Assembly: GCA_036507075.1 (NCBI GenBank) | Contig: DASXQR010000138.1 | Location: forward strand, 1-35,019 | Source of the DNA: Acidobacteriota bacterium | GTDB lineage: Bacteria; Acidobacteriota; UBA6911; JACQSX01 | Length of the DNA: 35,019 bases | Reading direction: 5' to 3' | In this document: positions 10,788 to 18,388 of the stretch, one piece after another | Position numbering within the stretch: position 1 is the first letter of the stretch | Layout: each line of letters opens with the position of its first letter | Notes under the pieces: generated by a model | Seen by the model: the letters and a program-made list of their open reading frames with translations, nothing else | What the model was told of the DNA's origin: nothing | Databases searched by the model: none | Position numbers and translations under genes: made by a program

Positions 10788-11291
10788 ATGGCTAACCTGA
10801 GCGCGCCTCCTCTTGCCAGGCTTTTTGTGGCCCTCCTCTACGCGCAGATAGATGCTGATCCGTGCCTGGCTGCGCTGGCGGGACTGTTCGGCCCGATTTC
10901 CGCACAAAGCGCCGTGTACCCCCTCGCTCCATTCAGTAAGTATTATGAAAAAGAAATGGGCCCGAACCTGCAGAAGTGCTTCCTCACGTTCCAGGAACCC
11001 GTAGCCATGGAGCGTTTGGCCGATTGCAAGCTTGCGACCCACGCGCTGGAAAGCAGGCTCTCAGCCGATCCGAAGCATCGCCGCTTTAACATCGACCCCG
11101 GTCTGGTTACCAGTTACAGCGTCATATTGTCGACTTCAAAGAACTACGCACATCGCGTCTACCTGCGCGACGGCGTTTACGCCGAGGTGACCCTGATTTA
11201 CCAGAAGCAGCGATTTTATCCACTGCCGTGGACATACCCGGACTACTGCGTGCCGCTTGCGTTGGAGTTTTTTGGCAAGGCACGGCCGTAG
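10788..11291 (+). CDS. DUF4416 family protein
   Basis: Motifs SKYYEKEMG..L.K.F, R..NIDPG, LST.KNYAHRVYL.DGVYAEVTL and LPWTYPDY. GAGGA SD precedes ATG 10788, so the ORF-track extension to 10614 is repeat-derived. Confidence 0.85.
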   Translation: MANLSAPPLARLFVALLYAQIDADPCLAALAGLFGPISAQSAVYPLAPFSKYYEKEMGPNLQKCFLTFQEPVAMERLADCKLATHALESRLSADPKHRRFNIDPGLVTSYSVILSTSKNYAHRVYLRDGVYAEVTLIYQKQRFYPLPWTYPDYCVPLALEFFGKARP

Positions 11292-11369
11292 GGGTTTGCG
11301 GGTTCCCGAGTTTGCGGGTTTGAGCCCGCGGCTCAGGTCCCGCAACCTTACCCGAGCTACAATAGAGAA

Positions 11370-11993
11370 ATGAAAGGCCGGCTGTTGTTGTTGGTATGCC
11401 TGGTGCTGATCTCCTGCGCCCGTAAGCCTGGGCTCAATCCCAACATTCTGCTGCCCGGCTCTCCCGGGAATGGAGGTCCTGTTCCGCCTGTCCCTTCAAC
11501 AAAGGATCCCAACTCGGACCTGATTTTTCTCGGGACCGATGTTGTCGACGTTCCAGCAGGAACAGAGATTAACGTCACTCTTGGGGAGCCGATTGAAACC
11601 GGTAAGAGCAAGACCGGCGAGCTTTTCAACGGCACGCTTGCAAAGCCGGTTCTTGCGGGAAGCCGGCTGGTGAGTCCTGCAGGAATCCCTCTGCGCGGCC
11701 AGTTAACCGACGTTTATCTGGCCGACGACGGCCAAAGCGCGGAGATCTCTCTCAGCCTGCTGGAAATCATGCTGAATAATCGGTGGTTCTCGCTTCAGGC
11801 CGACCTGCTGACTGTGCGGGCGGATGAATCCGGCACAGAAAACCTCGCCGCGTTGCAGACTCCTTCCCCCGAAGTTACCGCGCCGATTCGGTTAGTTCAT
11901 ATCCGCGGCAACTCCGTGAAAATTCCGGCGGGCCAAATAATCGCCTTCCGTCTGCTCCAGAAAGCCAGTCTGGAAACAGCGGCATCCCGATAA
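11370..11993 (+). CDS. Lipoprotein with TrbI/VirB10-like beta domain
   Basis: Lipobox LIS-C and a Pro-rich linker. VPAGTEINVTL.EPI.T.KSK.GE.F.GTL..PV......V.PAG....G....V and terminal IPAGQII.F.L resemble VirB10-like domains. Confidence 0.7.
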   Translation: MKGRLLLLVCLVLISCARKPGLNPNILLPGSPGNGGPVPPVPSTKDPNSDLIFLGTDVVDVPAGTEINVTLGEPIETGKSKTGELFNGTLAKPVLAGSRLVSPAGIPLRGQLTDVYLADDGQSAEISLSLLEIMLNNRWFSLQADLLTVRADESGTENLAALQTPSPEVTAPIRLVHIRGNSVKIPAGQIIAFRLLQKASLETAASR

Positions 11994-12036
11994 GCACCAC
12001 AAAGGCACAGCGCGGCCGTAGGCTGCAACCAAAGAA

Positions 12037-12210
12037 AAAGCCGTCCACGTCTACGTGCACGTGACACGTCAACGTCCACGTCTCAGGTCCACGATCACGA
12101 CAACTTACAGACAGCCCCTCAATTCCGCGCAATCTGTGACAAAGCGAGCGACGTCGTAAACGTAATCGTGGACGTTGACGTGTCACGTGCTCGTAGACGT
12201 GGACGGCTTT
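12037..12210. repeat. 44-bp inverted repeat built from CACGTN-type hexamers, 86-bp spacer
   Basis: aaagccgtccacgtctacgtgcacgtgacacgtcaacgtccacg (12037-12080) pairs with 12167-12210 at 43 of 44 positions. Lies between convergent genes. Confidence 0.9.
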
Positions 12211-12281
12211 GAAAAACTTTGCCAAAAAACAAGAAGTTGCCAACTTGTTACACAAAGGACACAAGTTAGACGCCCCGCTAC

Positions 12282-13619
12282 TTACTTGAGGAGCGCATCC
12301 ACCTCCCGTATCAGTTGCTCGGCGCTTTCTTTTGTCGATGCTTCGGCCACGACGCGCACGATTGGCTCCGTATTGGATGGCCGCACGTGCACCCAAGCCC
12401 CATCCATCTCAATCTTGATACCGTCCTGCAGATCCAGCTTCTTGTCACGGTATGAGTGCTTGAGCTTGTCCAGCAACTGCGGAACCTGGTCGGAAGCAAC
12501 CTGTCGGGTTGTCTTGAGCATGGTGTAATGCGGCAACCGCCCAACCAGCTCAGAAATCGACTTCTTTTCATCCTGCATCAGATGAAGAACCAGAGCCATC
12601 CCCACAAAGCTGTCGCGGCCGAAATTAACGTCCGGATAAATCACGCCGCCGTTGCCCTCCCCGCCAATAACGGCTCGCGCGCGCTTCATCCGATCCGTAA
12701 CGTTCACTTCACCAATGCGGCTTCGCACCAGTTTCCCGCCGCGCATTGATACAATGTCATCCAGCACTTTCGACGTCGACAGATTTACCACCACTGTTCC
12801 GGGCGTCTTACCCAGCACATAATACGTGGCCAGCGCCAGAGTATTGTCTTCGCCGATCGGCTCTCCCTTTTCAGAGACAATCGCCAGGCGATCGGCGTCG
12901 GCATCCTGCGCAAAACCAACATCTGCTCCGGACCGCCGGACCAGGTCACAAAGAGCTGTGAGATTTTCCGGCAGAGGTTCCGGCGGGCGCGGAAATCTCC
13001 CATCCGGCATCATGTTCAAGGGCAGCACATCGCAACCCATCGCATCAAGAAACTGCGGCGACATGCACGCACCCGCGCCGTTGCAGGCATCGACGGCCAC
13101 CCGAAATCTCGTTTGCAGCGCCCCCATTTTTCCGATGATGCGATCGATGTGGTCCTGAATCGCATCCGCATAGTAGCGAATCCCCCGCAATTGGCGGCTG
13201 GGGACCAGCGAGTATTCATTTTGATGATAAATCCTGAGCAGCTCTTCGGCTTCATAGCTGCTCAAAAAGCAGCCGTCATCCTTGATGAACTTCAACGCGT
13301 TCCACTCGGCAGGATTGTGGGAAGCAGTAATTGCGATGCCTCCCCGGGCGCGCAGATTTCGAACGGCAAGTTGTACTGTCGGTACCGGACATATTCCCAC
13401 ATCCACAACACGACAGCCGGTCGCTATCAAGCCTGCCACCACGGCATGGCGCACCATCTCTCCGGAAGTGCGGGTGTCGCGTCCCACTACCACGCTGCCT
13501 GCGCCCACATAGCTTCCAAAGCTCTGGGCGAAATTCGCCAGCAGTGACGGCGAAAGAGAATCGCCGATTACCCCTCGAACACCGGAAATACTGATCTTAA
13601 GTGTTCGAATGCCTTTCAT
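12282..13619 (-). CDS. Alpha-D-phosphohexomutase (PMM/PGM/GlmM-like), catalytic motifs intact
   Basis: Motifs SGVRG, GRDTR, TASHNP (phospho-Ser), metal loop DADADR, GGEGNGG and VRPSNTEP. Confidence 0.93.
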   Translation of the reverse strand: MKGIRTLKISISGVRGVIGDSLSPSLLANFAQSFGSYVGAGSVVVGRDTRTSGEMVRHAVVAGLIATGCRVVDVGICPVPTVQLAVRNLRARGGIAITASHNPAEWNALKFIKDDGCFLSSYEAEELLRIYHQNEYSLVPSRQLRGIRYYADAIQDHIDRIIGKMGALQTRFRVAVDACNGAGACMSPQFLDAMGCDVLPLNMMPDGRFPRPPEPLPENLTALCDLVRRSGADVGFAQDADADRLAIVSEKGEPIGEDNTLALATYYVLGKTPGTVVVNLSTSKVLDDIVSMRGGKLVRSRIGEVNVTDRMKRARAVIGGEGNGGVIYPDVNFGRDSFVGMALVLHLMQDEKKSISELVGRLPHYTMLKTTRQVASDQVPQLLDKLKHSYRDKKLDLQDGIKIEMDGAWVHVRPSNTEPIVRVVAEASTKESAEQLIREVDALLK

Positions 13620-14968
13620 CCGGCAACACTCCCCAACCGCGCCAGTGCCTGGTCCAGCAGCTCCAGCGCTCTCGACTCTTCCCGCGCTTCCGCAATGACC
13701 CGAATCAAAGACTCGGTATTAGACGCGCGGATGTGAAGCCAGCCGTCCTTCCAGTCCCACTTGATGCCGTCGGCAAAGTCCACGACCTCACCCTGGGATT
13801 CCAACTCGGACCGGAGATTCTGAAGAGCGGCAAAAATCTGATATGGGGCCAGCACTACGTCTTTTTCTTTCAGGAAATATCGGGGCAGTTCCAGATCCAA
13901 CTCGGAAACCGAGCAATGCTTTTCCGCCATAAAATCGAGCAGGACCGCGATCACCGCGAGGCTGTCGTTGGTGAGCTGCACACGTGGAACAATTACTCCA
14001 CCGCTTCCCTCGCCTCCGACGACGGCGTTTGTTTCACGCATCTTTTCCGAAACGAAGGCCTGACCGACCGGCGTTCGCACCACGGATCCGCCGAAGCGCG
14101 CCGCGAGGTCATCGATCATTCGACTGGTGGAAAGATTGGTTACTACTACGCCCGGATTTCTTTCCAGCAGAATGCGCGCAGCCAGGGCAAATGTTTTTTC
14201 CTGATTCAGGGGCTGGCTTTTATCAGTTACCAGGCCGAGCCGCTCTCCGTCCGCATCGTGACAAAAGCCGATATCGGCTCGGCTTGCTTTTACCACGGCC
14301 TTTAACTGCGAAAGGTTGCCGCCGCTGGGATTTGGATCATGGGGCAGGCGTTCGGTCACGTTGTCGTTAATGGGATAAGCATCGCAACCTAATCGATCGA
14401 GCAGCAACTGGCTCGCAAAAGTGCACGCCCCGTTGCAGCAGTCCAGGGCAACTTTGAAGCGCCTGCGACGGATTCTTTCAACATCGACGTGCTGCAAAAT
14501 CCATTTGACGTGCGCTTCGGCAGCTCCAGGCTGATCCGCCACCGGTTTCAATTCGTTCCACTTTGCCTTGTCGAACTCTCCCTGATGGTAAACATCGAGA
14601 AGTTCTTCGCCTTGCAGAGCATTGAAATAGATGCCGTCGGAGCGCACAAATTTCAGCGCATTCCACTCTTCCGGGTTGTGTCCCGCTGTGACAGCGATTC
14701 CACCCGAAAGTTTGTTTTGCCTGACGTAAAGCTGCATGCTGGGAGTGGGACAAAGGCCGAGATTTATCACTTCGCAGCCGGTCGCCAGAAGGCCGGCGGT
14801 GACCGAGGCAAGGGCCATTTCTCCGGAGCGACGGCTGTCGCGGCAAACGGCGATTTTTCCTCCGGTATAGGTGCCCATGGCCTGGGCAAATTGAATCAAC
14901 AGTTCCGGGGCGAGCGCTTCGCCCACAACGCCTCTCACACCGGCTATGCTGATCTTGAGCAAGGACAC
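13616..14968 (-). CDS. Alpha-D-phosphohexomutase paralog lacking the catalytic Ser (probable pseudo-enzyme)
   Basis: Full-length and collinear with the downstream paralog, but has TAGHNP instead of TASHNP and DADGER instead of DxDxDR. GTG start. Its stop overlaps the next ATG (ATGA). Confidence 0.88.
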   Translation of the reverse strand: MSLLKISIAGVRGVVGEALAPELLIQFAQAMGTYTGGKIAVCRDSRRSGEMALASVTAGLLATGCEVINLGLCPTPSMQLYVRQNKLSGGIAVTAGHNPEEWNALKFVRSDGIYFNALQGEELLDVYHQGEFDKAKWNELKPVADQPGAAEAHVKWILQHVDVERIRRRRFKVALDCCNGACTFASQLLLDRLGCDAYPINDNVTERLPHDPNPSGGNLSQLKAVVKASRADIGFCHDADGERLGLVTDKSQPLNQEKTFALAARILLERNPGVVVTNLSTSRMIDDLAARFGGSVVRTPVGQAFVSEKMRETNAVVGGEGSGGVIVPRVQLTNDSLAVIAVLLDFMAEKHCSVSELDLELPRYFLKEKDVVLAPYQIFAALQNLRSELESQGEVVDFADGIKWDWKDGWLHIRASNTESLIRVIAEAREESRALELLDQALARLGSVAG

Positions 14969-15018
14969 GCAGAAATCTTACACACAAATACGATGTGGCG
15001 TGGGAGAATTTGCGTTTT

Positions 15019-15280
15019 GGTCCGTAGTCCATTGTCCGTAGTCCGTTGTTCTATGGTCAGTTGTTCGTAGTCCGTTGGAAAAGTCCAAGGTCGAAGGTCG
15101 AAAGTCGAAAGGCTCACGGCGTCGTCAGTACCGCGACCGCAAGAACGTGAGAATGAGTGGATCAACGAACCACGCACTACGGACCGACCACTACAACGGA
15201 CCCCTGACTACTGACTACGGACAACGGACTACTGACCACTGACTACGGACAACGGACTACTGACCACTGACAACGGACAA
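15019..15280. repeat. Inverted heptamer arrays (GTCCGTA/GTCCGTT vs TACGGAC/AACGGAC/TACTGAC) enclosing an (A/G)GTCGAA-type heptamer run and a GTCAGTACCGCG REP-like half
   Basis: Left array 15019-15077, inner heptamers 15080-15110, gtcagtaccgcg at 15124, right array 15163-15280 including an exact 28-bp tandem duplication (15211-15266). Confidence 0.88.
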
Positions 15281-15285
15281 ACTAA

Positions 15286-16293
15286 ATGATCATCTACGCT
15301 GACGCTGGAACCCGGATCGACCTGGCCGGTGGGACGTTGGACATTTTCCCGCTGTATCTGTTTGAGGACTATGGGATCACGATTAATGCGGCGGTGGATC
15401 TAAACAGCCGGGTGCGCGTGGCGACACGAAGGGATCGAAGAATAATTTTGATCGCGGAGGACCTGAATCTCGTTGAGGAAGCACCCACCCTGGAGGCACT
15501 GCAGCCTGCCGGCGTGATGGACCTGGTCGCGAGGATCATCAAATTTTACGCTCCCAGACAGGGAATTGAAGTGACCACACGCAGCAATGTTCCCAAGGGG
15601 TCCGGTCTGGGCGCCTCCTCTTCGCTGTTGATCTCGCTGTCGGCCGCGCTGGTGCGGCTAATGCGAAAAAATGTCACCCCGGAAAAAATCATCGACTATG
15701 GCGCCAATATCGAAGCCCAGTCGATCCGAATTCCCACCGGAAAACAGGATTATTATCCGCCCATGTACGGCGGTTTTAATGCGCTCTGGTTCCGAACCGA
15801 AGGCATACGGCGCGAGAAGCTGCGACTCTCTCGCCGCTTTCGCAACCAGTTCTATGATCGCCTGATCCTTAGTTTTACGGGAGAATCCAGATTCTCAGGA
15901 ACGAGCAACTGGAACATGACAAAAAAGTACATCGATAACAGCGGTAACACAGTGGAGAAAATGAAGCGCATCAAGGAAACTGCGCTTGAAATGCGTGAAG
16001 CCCTGATGCAGGAAAAACTGGAGGAGTTTGGCAAACTGCTGGAGCGCGAATGGGCCAATCGCAAGCTGCTGGCCGAGGGGGTCACGAATTCGCGCATCGA
16101 CGCCCTGATGGAAGCGGCGCGGCAGACGGGCGCCGTCTCAAGCAAGATATGCGGAGCGGGTGGAGGCGGTTGCATGATCAGCTTCGTACGGCCGGGAAAG
16201 CGCGAGGCCGTAGCCGGCGCATTGACAAAGGCCGGCGCGACGATTCTCGATTACCATTTTAGAGAATCGGGAGTGCGCGTGCGAGTCGAGTGA
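15286..16293 (+). CDS. GHMP-family sugar kinase, HddA (D-glycero-alpha-D-manno-heptose-7-phosphate kinase)-like
   Basis: Motifs TRIDLAGGTLD, PKGSGLGASSS (GHMP P-loop), GKQDYY...YGG and KICGAGGGGC. Confidence 0.88.
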   Translation: MIIYADAGTRIDLAGGTLDIFPLYLFEDYGITINAAVDLNSRVRVATRRDRRIILIAEDLNLVEEAPTLEALQPAGVMDLVARIIKFYAPRQGIEVTTRSNVPKGSGLGASSSLLISLSAALVRLMRKNVTPEKIIDYGANIEAQSIRIPTGKQDYYPPMYGGFNALWFRTEGIRREKLRLSRRFRNQFYDRLILSFTGESRFSGTSNWNMTKKYIDNSGNTVEKMKRIKETALEMREALMQEKLEEFGKLLEREWANRKLLAEGVTNSRIDALMEAARQTGAVSSKICGAGGGGCMISFVRPGKREAVAGALTKAGATILDYHFRESGVRVRVE

Positions 16294-16300
16294 GTGGAGC

Positions 16301-16460
16301 TTGAACCGCGAAGAACGCGAAGCTCATCATGGTCCGAACAACCGACAGACTGCAGGCAATTGAAACTTCTGAAGAAGTGTCACGTGTAAGGTTCAGTAAC
16401 ATTTGAACTGACTGACTGAAAAGGAAATTCTTAGCGTTCTTCGCGTTCTTGGCGGTTCAA
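16301..16460 (+). mobile_element. MITE-like dispersed element, copy 1 (160 bp, 22-bp terminal inverted repeats)
   Basis: TIRs ttgaaccgcgaagaacgcgaag and cttcgcgttcttggcggttcaa (1 mismatch). Internal sequence shared with 22260-22428 and 29132-29221. Mobility is inferred from dispersal only. Confidence 0.7.
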
Positions 16461-16512
16461 TTTTTTACAGCTTCTGACCCGCGGTTCTGACATGGGTGAA
16501 TGATCGACTCTG

Positions 16513-16521
16513 TGGTAGAAT
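16513..16521 (+). promoter_or_regulatory. Putative extended -10 promoter element (TGgTAGAAT) for the GWxTD gene
   Basis: TGnTANNNT located 35 nt upstream of ATG 16557. Motif match only. Confidence 0.35.
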
Positions 16522-16556
16522 AAGAGGCTCGAAAACTTCTTCTGACGGGGTTTTGT

Positions 16557-18161
16557 ATGCGAAAGTTTTGGATATCGATTGCAATTCTAGTACTCGCTTT
16601 TACCTTTATCTTCGCCCAGAAAAACAAGAAAAGCCCGAAGGAAGAATTGGAAGGCTATTTCAAAAAGTGGCTTACCGAAGACGTTATTTACGTCATCACT
16701 CCCGAGGAAGCCTCGGTTTTCAAGAAGCTGACCACCAATGAAGAAAAGGAAAACTTCATAGAGCAGTTCTGGGCGCGGCGGGACCCCGATCCTCGCACTT
16801 CGGATAACGAATTCAAGGAAGAGCATTATCGGCGCATCGCTTATGCCAATGAGCGGTTCGCCAGCGGCATTCCCGGCTGGAAGACCGATCGCGGCCGGAT
16901 CTACATCATGTATGGCCAGCCTGCCCAGATTACGTCCCATCCTTCCGGCGGGACCTACCAGCGCGAGATTTACGAGGGCGGCGGAACCACTTCCACTTTT
17001 CCGTTCGAGGTGTGGCGTTATCGACACCTCGACGACATCGGCGATGATATCGAAATTGAATTCGTGGACAAAACCATGAGCGGCGAATATCGCATGGCGC
17101 TTTCACCGGATGAGAAAGACGCTTTGCTGTTTGTGCCTGGCGCGGGATTGACTCTGAATGAAATGCTGGGCCGCCGCGGCAAGGAAGACCGGGCGTTTTT
17201 CAACCCGGGAAAAGCGAACGATCCGACCTACATGGCCGAAGAGGGGATGCGCGCCAAGGATGCGCCCTTCGAGCGGCTCGCGCAGTATTTCGCGCTGCAG
17301 CGGCCGCCCAAGATTCGCTTCGACGATCTGAAGACGATGGTTCAAACCAACATCACCTATCAGAATTTCCCTTTCCTGTCTTCGTACGACCTGATCCGGC
17401 TCTCCTCGGACCAGTATCTGGTCCCCATCAACATCGAGATCGCCAATAAGGACTTGACCTATAAGGACAGCGGCGCGGGTTTTTCAGCCACCGCCAACAT
17501 CTACGGAATGATCAATAGCCTCAGCGGCAAGATCATTCATGAGTTTGACGACGTGGTCAGCGTGGAAGCGCCCTCTGAGACGCTGCAACAGGAGAAGCTT
17601 CGCAAGTCGGCTTACCAGAAATCGGTGCTGCTGGCGCCGGGTCTTTATAAGCTCGACCTGGTAATCAAAGATCTCAACAGCGGAAAGATTGGAACCATTC
17701 AGAGCCGGATTGCGGTGCCGGCGCAGAATGATGCTTCCAAACTGACAACTTCCACCCTGATTCTGGCTCGAACCATCCGCCAGGCGGAGACGACCAAGAA
17801 CCTGGAACAATTCATTATCGGAAATCTGAAAATAATTCCAAACGTGCCGAGAGAGTTCCACCAGGGAGATCCTGTGCATGTGTACCTGCAAGTTTACAAC
17901 GTGTCCATCGACCAGAAGGAACTCAAACCGAATGTAAAAGTGACCTACGAAATCACCGCAGGCGACAAGGTGCTCAAGCAGGTCACGGATGACGCCGGAG
18001 CTTCAGTCGAGTTTTTCAGCGGACAGCGCCTGGTACTGGTCAAGACGCTGCAGATTCCCGAACTGCGGGAAGGAAACTATCGGGTGAAGGTTTTCATCAA
18101 AGATAACATCGGCAACAAGGAAATCACTTCGGAAGCGCCCTTCCAGGTAAAGGGAAGCTGA
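16557..18161 (+). CDS. GWxTD domain-containing secreted/periplasmic protein
   Basis: Signal peptide. Motifs WL.EDV.YVITPEE...F, FIEQFW.RRDP.P.T..NEFKEEHYRRIAYANE.F and GWKTDRGRIYIMYG.P. Confidence 0.93.
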   Translation: MRKFWISIAILVLAFTFIFAQKNKKSPKEELEGYFKKWLTEDVIYVITPEEASVFKKLTTNEEKENFIEQFWARRDPDPRTSDNEFKEEHYRRIAYANERFASGIPGWKTDRGRIYIMYGQPAQITSHPSGGTYQREIYEGGGTTSTFPFEVWRYRHLDDIGDDIEIEFVDKTMSGEYRMALSPDEKDALLFVPGAGLTLNEMLGRRGKEDRAFFNPGKANDPTYMAEEGMRAKDAPFERLAQYFALQRPPKIRFDDLKTMVQTNITYQNFPFLSSYDLIRLSSDQYLVPINIEIANKDLTYKDSGAGFSATANIYGMINSLSGKIIHEFDDVVSVEAPSETLQQEKLRKSAYQKSVLLAPGLYKLDLVIKDLNSGKIGTIQSRIAVPAQNDASKLTTSTLILARTIRQAETTKNLEQFIIGNLKIIPNVPREFHQGDPVHVYLQVYNVSIDQKELKPNVKVTYEITAGDKVLKQVTDDAGASVEFFSGQRLVLVKTLQIPELREGNYRVKVFIKDNIGNKEITSEAPFQVKGS

Positions 18162-18181
18162 ACAGCTCAAGAGCCTCACAT

Positions 18182-18329
18182 TCCTTTGACCCACCGGGGC
18201 AGGAACGTGTGAAAAAATCGACCAATCTCACTGCCCCCACCGGCCCCGCGCCGGTGGGAGCAGAGCGACGGCAACAAGGCTTCTAGTGAAAAATCCTTTG
18301 CTCCACCGGCGCAAGGCCGGTGGGGGCGG
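18182..18329. repeat. REP-like CCACCGGC...GCCGGTGG hairpins: inverted pair (18231-18265, 18296-18329) plus a truncated copy at 18182-18203
   Basis: Each unit is itself palindromic and the two full units are near reverse complements. Lies between convergent genes and may also act as a terminator. Confidence 0.8.
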
Positions 18330-18388
18330 AGGTTAGAAGTCAAGTTGGTGGTTCATTCTTTTTAACCACCGCGACCACCAAGCCCGGA

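Noticed and set aside
11370..11993. Type IV secretion system implied by the VirB10-like domain
   Set aside because: No other T4SS genes are present. It is a stand-alone lipoprotein with only a domain-level resemblance.
13616..14968. Calling the Ser-less mutase a pseudogene
   Set aside because: The ORF is full length with no stops or frameshifts, other motifs are conserved, and it is coupled to the next gene.
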